This document shows, piece by piece, positions 10,218 to 19,298 of a stretch of 64,000 nt of DNA. The notes beneath the pieces were generated by a model. It worked only from the letters and a program-made list of their open reading frames with translations. It had not been told where the DNA came from and ran no database searches. The translations under genes were made by a program, and so were the position numbers. The DNA comes from Candidatus Spongiisociaceae bacterium (GTDB lineage Bacteria; Actinomycetota; Acidimicrobiia; Spongiisociales; Spongiisociaceae), in the NCBI GenBank assembly GCA_965262915.1, contig OZ253564.1:3200001-3264000 (forward strand). The letters are read 5' to 3'. Within the stretch, counting starts at the first letter, position 1. Every line of letters begins with the position of its first letter.

Positions 10218-10332
10218 TAGGAGGGTGCCTAAAAACCCCGTACAGAGGGGTTGGCAAGGGAGCCGACACTCTCAGACCAGGTAGTTTGCCAACCGGCTAA
10301 CCCCGCAGGATTCGTTTCTCGGCACCCTCCTA
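10218..10332. mobile_element. MITE family A, copy 1 (115 bp)
   Basis: TAGGAGGGTGCC...GGCACCCTCCTA terminal inverted repeats; interior is homologous to 10896-11010. Confidence 0.8.
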
Positions 10333-10368
10333 CGACACCCGGAGGAAGCGAGTCGCCGCTCATCGGCC

Positions 10369-10874
10369 ACCCGAACTTCGGGGGCTGCATACCCGCACTG
10401 ATGACCCCGTGTGACCAGAGCGGTTCACGCGACTCCGACGATCCGGCGGCAAACGCCACCCGCTTCGCCGGCCGTGGTGTGTCTGTGGTCGTGTACTGCG
10501 GTTCTATAGGGAAATCGCCGCTCCTCTACGACCGTCGCCCATGCCCGCTCGGCGATGCGTCCTGTGAGTGAGTTCGACGATGGACCCGGCCTGGTCCGCA
10601 GAGGGCTAGCGGATAGGTGCTCACCTGGGGAGACACAGGCTGCGACATTTCAAGAACCGCCCGCGATGACCTGGGGTTTCCCAACGAGCAGCCGCCTCGT
10701 GTTGCCTACACAAGCGAGCGCGCTCCGCCTATCCGCTAGTCCTCTTACTTCAAAGTACCTATCCGGGTGCGGGACGGCAGCGGTACGGAGGCTCGCCTTC
10801 ATCGCTCCGAGTGGCTGACCGCTACCCACCGCGGCTACGCGGCAACCCGGTCGGGTACGTTCGAGCGCCGATAG
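10369..10874 (+). pseudogene. Collapsed DapA/DHDPS-family gene (hydroxyproline-pathway deaminase type), interrupted by MITE B
   Basis: Fragments FGGCIPALMTPC...VVYCGSIG..PLL (N-terminus), EFDDGPGLV before the MITE, and a C-terminal-like remnant after it. Confidence 0.65.
10601..10744. mobile_element. MITE family B, copy 1 (144 bp)
   Basis: GAGGGCTAGCGGATAGG...CCTATCCGCTAGTCCTC TIRs; same length as 32470-32613 and shared interior motifs. Confidence 0.75.
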
Positions 10875-10895
10875 GCCGATCGGGAGGGCACGACT

Positions 10896-11010
10896 TAGGA
10901 GGGTGCTCAAAAACCCCGTGCAAAGGGGTTCGCTCGCTAGCCCACAAGTCTCAGACCAGGTGGTTCACCAGTCAGCGAACCCCGCAAGTTCGTTTTTGAG
11001 CACCCTCCTA
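10896..11010. mobile_element. MITE family A, copy 2 (115 bp)
   Basis: Perfect 19-bp TIR TAGGAGGGTGCTCAAAAAC / GTTTTTGAGCACCCTCCTA. Confidence 0.85.
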
Positions 11011-11032
11011 CCCACCCAGGCGTGAGAGCGGG

Positions 11033-11737
11033 CTAGGTGACTCCACGGCGTCGCCGGTAGGAGACGATGTCGGATCCGGCGAATACCAGGACGAGCACCG
11101 CGGCGAAGACCAGACGCCGCTGCCAGAACCACACCGCGGCGGCCACGCCGACCACCAAGCCGATGATGCGGGAATGGAGGTCGCCGCTCGGACCGAGCAT
11201 CCCCACCAGCACCACCCGCAGCATCTTTGAGCCATCCAGACCCCCGATCGGCAGCCAGTTGACGAGTCCCCATACAACCGACACCCAAATGAAAGCCCCC
11301 ACGAAGAAGACCACGTACTCGCCGGAGGCGTCCGCAGCACGAAGGTGGATACGCCATGGCTGGTCGATGATCAACCCCGCCGACTCCCCCATCCCGCCGA
11401 GCCGGACGAAGAGGTACAGCCCCATCCCGGCGAACAATCCGACGCCGGAGCCGGCGGCTGCGATGGTGAAATGCTTCCATGCACGCAGTCGGCGGTCTCC
11501 CTCCCTCCACACGGTGGCGCCCCCCAGGGCATAGATGGTGATGCCCTCCACAGAACCACCGAGACGTCGCACCGTAGTAGCGTGGCCTAGCTCGTGGAGC
11601 ATCACCGAGATGAGGATCGCCACCGTCCACAGGATCATCGCGACTGCACTGAGTCCCGAGTCGATGATCAGGACAACAAGCAACAGGAAACTGAGATGGA
11701 TTCCGATCGGGAATCCGAACACCCTGAAACGGAGCAC
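11033..11737 (-). CDS. Site-2 protease family (M50) membrane metalloprotease
   Basis: HELGH and NWLPIGGLDG motifs, multiple TM segments. Confidence 0.85.
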   Translation of the reverse strand: MLRFRVFGFPIGIHLSFLLLVVLIIDSGLSAVAMILWTVAILISVMLHELGHATTVRRLGGSVEGITIYALGGATVWREGDRRLRAWKHFTIAAAGSGVGLFAGMGLYLFVRLGGMGESAGLIIDQPWRIHLRAADASGEYVVFFVGAFIWVSVVWGLVNWLPIGGLDGSKMLRVVLVGMLGPSGDLHSRIIGLVVGVAAAVWFWQRRLVFAAVLVLVFAGSDIVSYRRRRGVT

Positions 11738-11874
11738 CGAATCAGGGTAGCCAGTGGTTGGTGGTCATTGGTCACCGGCGACGGCTCTCGGCCTCCTCGG
11801 CCTGGCCTGCTCGCGATGGCCCGGCTCGCCTCATCGGCGGCTGGAGAGCACAAGGTTGCGGACAGGCTCCCCGA

Positions 11875-12891
11875 TCAGGCTTCCAATTGCTCCAAGGCGT
11901 CATCGGCCAGCCTTTCCACCGACCGTGCGAGATCCGACAGGTCGACATCGGCGATGTTCGCCATCGCTCCGTGAAGGTAACGGGCGTAGACTCCTTCGAG
12001 AATGGCGGCCAGCCTCCACGACTGGAAAGCCCGGTAGTAGCCGATCCGCGACACGTCGGCGCCGGTTAACTGTCCGTAGAGGGCGACCATCTCCTCGCGG
12101 TCGGGAAATCCGCCTGCCTGGATCGCCGAGGACCGCCACACCACCGGTTCGTGAGGCGCGATCCAGTCGTTGGCGAGGTAGCCGAGGTCGGCCAGCGGAT
12201 CACCCAACGTGCACAGCTCCCAGTCCACCACCGCCTGAACCTTCCCCGAGGCGACTATGAGGTTGCCCAGCCGGTAGTCCCCGTGGACCACACCGGCTCG
12301 GGCCTGGGACGGGATCCCATCCCCCAAGAGGATGCGAGCCCGATCCATCGCGGGGAGCTCGCGTTGTTTCGAAGCCTCCAACTGGCGAGCCCACCGGTAC
12401 AACTGGCGCTGCAGGTAACCCTCGCGGCGTCCGAGGTCCCCCAGGCCGATCTCGGCGGGATCCAGCGAGTGGAGGGCAGCGAGCACCTCGACCGCCGACG
12501 CCGCTACCGACGGGCGCTCGTCTTCGGGTACCAGGGCACCCGAGCGGCGATCGTGGAGTACCAGTCCGTCCACGAAACCCATGATGTAGAAGGGTGCTTG
12601 ATTCACCGCCGGATCGGAACACAGGCCCATCGCCCGGGGCACCGGCACGCCCGACCCCTGGAGGGCGGATATCACCCGGTACTCCCTCGCCATGTCATGG
12701 GCCCTCGGGAGGATGTGTCCCAGGGGGGGCCTGCGCAGTGCGAACCGGCGCCCCCCTGCTCCGAGTACCCGGTAGGTCAGGTTGGAGTTACCACCCGGAA
12801 TCGGCTCGAAGACGAAGGGCGGCTCGGCGGTCTCGACATTGGCCGCCATCCAAGCCGTCACGGCTCCCCCGTCGATACCGGCGACAGGCAT
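11875..12891 (-). CDS. Phosphotransferase (APH/ACAD10-11 kinase-like) family protein
   Basis: GGNSNLTY, LRRPP, HDMAREY, HGDYRLGN, DWEL motifs. Confidence 0.88.
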   Translation of the reverse strand: MPVAGIDGGAVTAWMAANVETAEPPFVFEPIPGGNSNLTYRVLGAGGRRFALRRPPLGHILPRAHDMAREYRVISALQGSGVPVPRAMGLCSDPAVNQAPFYIMGFVDGLVLHDRRSGALVPEDERPSVAASAVEVLAALHSLDPAEIGLGDLGRREGYLQRQLYRWARQLEASKQRELPAMDRARILLGDGIPSQARAGVVHGDYRLGNLIVASGKVQAVVDWELCTLGDPLADLGYLANDWIAPHEPVVWRSSAIQAGGFPDREEMVALYGQLTGADVSRIGYYRAFQSWRLAAILEGVYARYLHGAMANIADVDLSDLARSVERLADDALEQLEA

Positions 12892-13013
12892 TCCTCAGCC
12901 CACCACCCTGGCGGCGGAAGATCCGCGGATTCCCTCGCGGTCTCCCGTGCGGTGGGAGAACGGCCATCCGTCCGTTGTTGGGCCGGGAGCAGAGATCATT
13001 GTCCAGAACCTTC

Positions 13014-13673
13014 CTATGCGGAGCGCCGGGGCTCGGCTCGTCCGGAAGCGGCGGCTTCGATCGGCCCCCTGTCGAGCAGTCTCAGAAAGAACTGGACCAG
13101 CGGGCCGATCAGCACCGCGAACACCACCGTACCCACACCCACGGCGCCACCCAACAACCACCCGGCCACCAGGACCGTTCCCTCGATGAGAAGTCGGGCC
13201 AGCCGGATCGATATACCCCGGTCCGCCAGACCCGTCATCACCCCGTCCCTGGGACCGGGCCCGAGCCGCGCCCCGATGTAGAGACCGGATCCGATACCGG
13301 TGAACCCGGTGCCCGCCAACAGGTAGAGCCAGCGCACCAGGAGTACATCGGTCTCACCGACCACCACCAGGGTGACATCCACCGTGGCCCCCACCACCAT
13401 GACATTGAATACTGTTCCTATCCCGACCCTCTGCTTGAGCGGGATCCACGCCAGCAGGACCACCGCGCTGACGAGGATGACCACGAGGCCGATGGAGAAC
13501 GGAACGTGCCTGGCGGCTCCCTGATGGAAAGCATCCCAAGGTGAGAGCCCCAGACCCGAGCGGAGTCTCAGGGCAATTCCCATCCCGAACAGGACCAAGC
13601 CGAGTATCAGACCGGGCATCCGGCCCAGGACCGCGCGACCGCGAGCCGAACGAAGCCAGGGCAGAGCGCTCAT
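13014..13673 (-). CDS. YczE/YitT-family membrane protein
   Basis: GLSPWDAFHQG, GPGPRDGVMTG, GVGTV motifs; hydrophobic. Confidence 0.8.
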   Translation of the reverse strand: MSALPWLRSARGRAVLGRMPGLILGLVLFGMGIALRLRSGLGLSPWDAFHQGAARHVPFSIGLVVILVSAVVLLAWIPLKQRVGIGTVFNVMVVGATVDVTLVVVGETDVLLVRWLYLLAGTGFTGIGSGLYIGARLGPGPRDGVMTGLADRGISIRLARLLIEGTVLVAGWLLGGAVGVGTVVFAVLIGPLVQFFLRLLDRGPIEAAASGRAEPRRSA

Positions 13674-13739
13674 CCGTCGGCGCCTATGAGGCAACTGAGC
13701 ACTGACGATTACACCGGTTCGTAGCTCGCTGACCAGGCA

Positions 13740-14804
13740 CTATAGTTGTCGAGCCGCCGGCCACGGGAGGGTTCTCGCCACCGCTGGGGCGCTCACCGGT
13801 ATCGATCCGAGCCGCTCTATGAGGTCGACCACCCGGTTGGAGTACCCCCACTCGTTGTCGTACCAGGCCACGACCTTGACGAGGTTGCCCCCGAGAACGT
13901 CGGTCGCCTCGCTGTCGAAGACGCTCGAGTGCGCGTTGCCGATGATGTCCGAAGACACGAGAGGTTCCTCCGAGAACTGCAGGACGGAACGCATCGGCCC
14001 GGCGGCCGCCCTCCGCACCGCGCGGTTCACCGCCGGGACATCCACCGCTTCTGCAAGTTCCACGACCAGTTCGACCAGCGAGCCGTCGGGTACGGGTACC
14101 CGCATGGCCATCCCGTCCAACCTCCCCGACAGTTCGGGTAGGACCTTCCCCACCGCCTTGGCCGCTCCGGTCGAGGTGGGGATGATGTTCTCGGTGGCGG
14201 CGCGGGAACGGCGGAGGTCCTTGTGAGGCACGTCCGCTAGGCGCTGATCGTTGGTATAGGCGTGAACCGTGGTCATGATTCCCCGGACGACGCCGAACTC
14301 GTCGTTGAGCACCTTGGCCACCGGCGCCAGGCAGTTGGTGGTGCAGGAGGCGTTCGAAACGATCCGGTCGGAAGGTTCGAGGTCAGCGTCGTTGACTCCG
14401 AGCACGATGGTCCTGTCGATCTCGTCCTTGGCGGGCACGGTGAGCAGGACCCTCCCGGCGCCGGCCTCGAGGTGCTGCTCAAGCGCGGCGCGGTGGCGGA
14501 AGACTCCGGTCGATTCGATCACCACGTCGACACCCAGCCGGCGCCAGGGCAACGCGGCGGGATGGCGTTCCTGCAACATGCGAATGTGATGACCACCTAC
14601 CGTCATCGCCCCCTCCCTCACCATAACCTTGTAGTTGAGGGTTCCCATGACCGAGTCGCGCCGCAGCAGGTAGGCGAGCACCTCGTCATCGGCCAGGTCG
14701 TTGATCGCCACCACGTCGATGGGCGAGTCGGGGCGATCGAGGATTATCCGGAGGACGGCTCTCCCGATGCGGCCGAAGCCGTTGATGGCGACCCTGATCG
14801 TCAT
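13740..14804 (-). CDS. gap: Type I glyceraldehyde-3-phosphate dehydrogenase
   Basis: INGFGRIG, SNASCTTNCLAP, WYDNEWGY; ATGA overlap with the upstream gene's stop. Confidence 0.93.
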   Translation of the reverse strand: MTIRVAINGFGRIGRAVLRIILDRPDSPIDVVAINDLADDEVLAYLLRRDSVMGTLNYKVMVREGAMTVGGHHIRMLQERHPAALPWRRLGVDVVIESTGVFRHRAALEQHLEAGAGRVLLTVPAKDEIDRTIVLGVNDADLEPSDRIVSNASCTTNCLAPVAKVLNDEFGVVRGIMTTVHAYTNDQRLADVPHKDLRRSRAATENIIPTSTGAAKAVGKVLPELSGRLDGMAMRVPVPDGSLVELVVELAEAVDVPAVNRAVRRAAAGPMRSVLQFSEEPLVSSDIIGNAHSSVFDSEATDVLGGNLVKVVAWYDNEWGYSNRVVDLIERLGSIPVSAPAVARTLPWPAARQL

Positions 14805-15765
14805 GCCGCATCCGCTCGCCGGTGGTAACGGCGCAGCAGTTCGACGATCCGGGCCGAGTAGCCCCAACCGGTGTCGAACCACACGACGGTCTTCAGCAGC
14901 GACCCTCCGATCAGCATCGTCGCCTTGCTGTCGAAGACCCCGGAGAACTCCGAGCCCCTGACATCGCTCGAGACGATCGGGTCTTCGGTGAATCCGAACA
15001 CCGCCGGATAATCGGTGGTGCATGCCGCCCGAACCACTTCGTTCACCTCTTCGACGCTCGTCCCGGTGCGAAGGCGGGTGACGGCGTCCACCGTGGAACC
15101 ATCATCCACCGGTACGTTGAGCGCCCCCGATGACAGACGGCCTTCCAGATGCGGGAACACGTCCACCAGGATGTCGGCCGTGTTGCTGTCCGCCGGAATG
15201 ATGTTCTCCCCTGCCGCCCGGCTGGTGCGGAACCCTCCCGTCGGGACATCGCCCAAGCGGGCTCGGTTCGTGTAGGCGTGAATGGTCGTGAAGAACATCT
15301 GCTCGATCCCATCGCGACGATTGGCGGGGAATGGTCGAGTATGGCATCGGTGACGCCGCTGAGCAGCAACGGGATGTCCCCGCGCTCCTCCGGCGTGGAC
15401 GCCAGGACAACCTTGGAGGCGCCCACCCGGAGGTGGCGAGCGCACCATTGGGCGGTCCGGTACCTACCGGTCGCCTGTACGACCACGTCCACCCCTAAGG
15501 CCTCCCAGTCCACGTCTCCCGGCTCCTTGGCCTGGATCAGCGGAATATGGCGGCCGTCCATGACTAGCGACTCCCCTTCGAGCCTTACCGGTCGCGGGAA
15601 CGGTCCGTAGATCGAGTCGTATTTCAGCAGGTAGGCAAGGGCATCCCGATCGGCGATGTCCACGATCGCTCCCACGGTGACCCGGGTGTCCCCGGCAAGC
15701 TGGCGGAAGACGTTGCGACCGATCCGGCCGAACCCCATCAGACCGATCGGCACCTGCGACCCCAT
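14801..15765 (-). pseudogene. GAPDH paralog with a frameshifting internal deletion
   Basis: N-half (GFGRIG...IVAMGS) and C-half (GIEQMFFTTIHAYT...WFDTGWGY) are in different frames, joined at GGGATCGA (15303-15310); the active-site segment is missing. Confidence 0.8.
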
Positions 15766-15980
15766 GTCTCGAAGCTGGAAGCGGTGGGAAGTCTATACGA
15801 CCCCATTCGTACCTTGCCCCGTCGCCCGTACCCGGTAGTCCGGGACGCAACCCCTTACCGTGTCTCCCCTGGTACCCTGAGGACAAGTCACCCAGCACCC
15901 CGCGCAGGCACCGATATATTGCGAATCGAGCCTGCCGGCGGTCATAATGGGGACGCTAGGAGCCGAAGGAGTCAGAAGAG

Positions 15981-16298
15981 ATGGCCGGCTACAAGATGAT
16001 GGTGTGGATCGATCAGGACCTGTGCACCGGCGACGGCATCTGCGAGGAGATCGCGCCGGATGTGTTCGAAGGTCGCGACGACGGACTGTGGGTCGTAAAG
16101 GAAGAGGCCAGGCACTTCGGCTCGACGCTGGTATTCGACGACGAGGCAGGCGACGGCCACGGACCGGAAGGATCCCGTGGAGTAGCCAGGGTCCCCGACA
16201 ACCTGATCGAGGATGTCATCGAATCGGCCGAGGAGTGCCCCGGCGAATGCATCATGATCGAGCCCTACAACCCCGAACTGGTAGCCGAGGGTCGCTGA
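15981..16298 (+). CDS. Ferredoxin (CxxDxxC...CP single-cluster type)
   Basis: CTGDGICEEIAP...ECPGECI, acidic; RBS AAGGAG upstream. Confidence 0.9.
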   Translation: MAGYKMMVWIDQDLCTGDGICEEIAPDVFEGRDDGLWVVKEEARHFGSTLVFDDEAGDGHGPEGSRGVARVPDNLIEDVIESAEECPGECIMIEPYNPELVAEGR

Positions 16299-16382
16299 GA
16301 CCATCCACCAACCCGAGAGCCGGTGTTGAGCATCCCGCCTCGTACCGGGACGGCGCGCCGGCCGGAGAGAGGTGGAGAGGTT

Positions 16383-16898
16383 GTGACTCCCAAGCTGTGG
16401 CTGATCGGGATGATGAGTTCCGGGAAGACCAAGGTGGGCCGGAGGCTCTCTGATCGCAGCGGTTTTCCCTTTGTGGATGTGGACGACGAGATCGTGGAGC
16501 GGGCAGGGATGACCATTCCTCAGATCTTCGCCACCCAGGGTGAGCCGGCTTTTAGGACCATGGAATCCGAGGAGGTGGCGCGCATTGCCGGGAGTCGGCA
16601 ACGGTTGGTGGTGGCCACCGGCGGGGGCGTGATCCTCGATGGAAGGAGTCGCCGCTTGATGCGAGAGACCGGATTGGTGGTATGGCTGAAACCCTCCATC
16701 GCTTCTGTCATCGCCAAGGGCAAGACCCGTAACCGCCCCCTCCTGCAGGGCCATGCCGACCTGGGGGCGCGTTACACCGAGATCTGGGAAGCCCGCAAAC
16801 ACCTTTACCAGGAAGCCGCCCACTTCAGCATTCCTATGGACGGAAAGACCCGGAAACTGGTAGCCGAGGAAGTATGGAGGCTGTGGAAAGCATCCTGA
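16383..16898 (+). CDS. aroK: Shikimate kinase
   Basis: GMMSSGKT P-loop, DVDDEI, GEPAFR, ATGGG, RPLL; GTG after GGAGAGG. Confidence 0.9.
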   Translation: MTPKLWLIGMMSSGKTKVGRRLSDRSGFPFVDVDDEIVERAGMTIPQIFATQGEPAFRTMESEEVARIAGSRQRLVVATGGGVILDGRSRRLMRETGLVVWLKPSIASVIAKGKTRNRPLLQGHADLGARYTEIWEARKHLYQEAAHFSIPMDGKTRKLVAEEVWRLWKAS

Positions 16899-16990
16899 TC
16901 GCGGACCGGTGCGAGATTCTCGTCTCGGACGGGTTGCCGTCGCCGTCTCCGCTCCTTCGACCCGGCGGGATCATCCTGCCTCCCGGGTAA
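16883..16990 (+). pseudogene. Possible truncated 5' end of the gene following aroK (aroB position)
   Basis: GGAGG + GTG overlapping the aroK 3' end; VESILIADRCEILVSDGLPSP, then a stop after 35 codons. Confidence 0.35.
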
Positions 16991-17318
16991 TAGTACTCAG
17001 CCGGCCGGGACCGGTGGCGGAAGTGGCTGCCCTGGTTGGGAACCGTGTCAAACAAGACACCGCGGACGAGAGTGGCACCGCGGCGGCGGTGGTACCGGGA
17101 CGGTGTGACAGACCGCCGGAGGGTGCGTTGTGCAACGTCGGGCCGTTGGTCATCGGACGGATTCGGGACGTAACGGGCGAATGTTTGCCCGGGTGCGGTT
17201 CGTTGGTGGGTTCGGCCCGGCGGCGAGTTCGTGGCCGCCGCCTTCCACCGGCTAGCAGGCAATCCACAAGGGGCGCAGAGCACTACGTATCATCCTTTCA
17301 CCCCGACTGCGCCTGCTA

Positions 17319-19298
17319 TCAGTAAGCGATCAGGGTGCCACCACTGGACCGTCCCGGGTGAGCGGCCCGGATCATGCGGAGGCTCCGGTGGTCGGGTTGG
17401 TGGTTGAGGGCCCCGTGTAAGAAGGTGGCCATCTGCGCTCTGGTTACTGCCTGGTTGGGGCAGTAGAGGAGCGGGTCGTTGGAGCAGCCTGCGGTGATAC
17501 CAGCGGCGGCGAGGGCGTCGATGTTGGCAGCGTGGGTGTTGCCTTCGATGTCGCCGAACCCGGCGGGTGACTGGGCTGGGGCCAGTTGGAACGCCCGGAC
17601 CAAGAAGGTGGCCATCTGCGCCCGGGTCACCGACTGGTCGGGGCAGTACCGGGGCGGGCCAGTAGTAGCGCATCCTGCGGTGATCTCTCGGTCAGCGAGC
17701 TGCTCGACGTGGCGGATCCACCACTGCCCTCCAGGGATGTCGTCGAAGCGGGAATCCCCCACGGTTGGGGGGTCGCCACCCAAGACACGGATCAGCCATA
17801 TGGCCATCGTCGATCGGCGGATGGGATCTTGGGGGCAGAACAGCCCTTGGCCGCATTCGGTATCGACAAAGGTACCGTCGGCGGCTAGCGCCTCGACGGC
17901 GGGGGTGTGGACACCTTCTGCGGCCACGTCGAAGAATACGATCGCATGCCCGATGGTGACCGGGTTGTGGGGTGTGGCTGCTGCGGTCTTGCCCGACCCG
18001 AACGGGTCGCCATAGGAGACCGCCACCCGCAGCTGGTGGCCCTCGTCGTCAGCATCCGGGGTGTACACAGCCGAGGTGGCATCTGGGATGGGTACCCACG
18101 TGATCCGGTCGGTGGAGCGTTCCCAAACCCAACTGATGTTGGTGACACCGTCGGGGTCAACTAGCACCGCTGCGAGGGGTTGGCCGGCTCTTGGTGTGGG
18201 TGCGGACAGGGTGAGATGTCCGGTGTCGTCGCGGTTAGCGACGTTGAGGTTTACTGCGATGGAGTCGTCCCGGCGCCGGTCCGCCTCGCCTTCGGGGTCT
18301 TTGCTGTCACGAACCTCTACGGTCACCCTGTAGCTGTTCTTGGTCTCGTAATCCAGGGCTGCTTTGGTTTTGAGCCGGCCGGTTGACGTGTCGAGGTCAA
18401 AAGCGCCGGCGTCGGTGCCGGCTAGCTTGTAGGTGAGGGGGTCCCCTTCGGGGTCCTCTGCGGTGACCGGTGTGCCGATGTTCGCACCGGCAGGGCTGTT
18501 CTCTGCCACTGCACGCGAGGTTCGGGAACCTTCGGTGAACTCGGGGGGCTGGTTAGCACCCGGTGGTGGAGGCGCAGGGCCGCCACCGGGTGAGCCGCCA
18601 CCGGTTGAGCCCCCACCGCCACCACCGCCACCGGTTGAGCCGCCACCGGTCGGGGGTCGCGGGGGTGGGGTTGGGGGTGGTTGTGTCGGGTCCACTACGG
18701 TGCTGGTGGTGTGGGCCGAGGCAACCTTGGTGGAGCCTTCGTCGTCGTCGTAGGTGGCTACGGCTTGGAGGTATTGGCCCACATCGGCGCTGGTCGGTGT
18801 GTAAGAAGCCGTGTTGGTGCCGGGGATGGGAGCCCAGTCCCGACGGTTGGTGGACCGTTCCCATCGCCACACCGTGTTGCGGATTCCCCCGTCGGGGTCA
18901 TCGAGGGCGGCTTCCACCACGGTGTCCACCTGCGGGCGGCTGGTTGTTGTTGTGAGCGTGACGGTGCCTCCCTCGTCCAAGTTGGTAACCCTTACGCTCA
19001 CCGTCTGGGTGGGGGTGTTGGTCCCGTCGGAGGCCTGAACGGTCACCTCGTAGGTGCTGTCCACGTTCGAGTCCGTCGGGGTTTCGTAGTCCGGTGGGTC
19101 GGTGAAGGTGAGCACACCCCGGCTGCTGATCCGGAAGTCGTCCTGGTCGTCTCCGGCCGGGGTCCAGGTGATAGTGGCCCTCTCAGGGTCGACCGCTGTG
19201 TAGGAAGCCACCGTGCCCCTGTTGTTCTCGTCGTAGTCAACCGCTGCGGGGCCGCTCAGATCGGGTGGTTCATCAATGTTGGTGACCGACACTCTTAG
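17319..19298 (-). pseudogene. C-terminal part of a giant surface protein (cadherin-like repeats, Pro/Gly linker, SLH domains)
   Basis: DYETP.D, NQPPEF, LDYE cadherin motifs; PPPTPPP-GGGG linker; three SLH-like repeats (e.g. YCPDQSVTRAQMATFL). Joins 21123 in-frame once IS1380 is removed. Confidence 0.88.
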
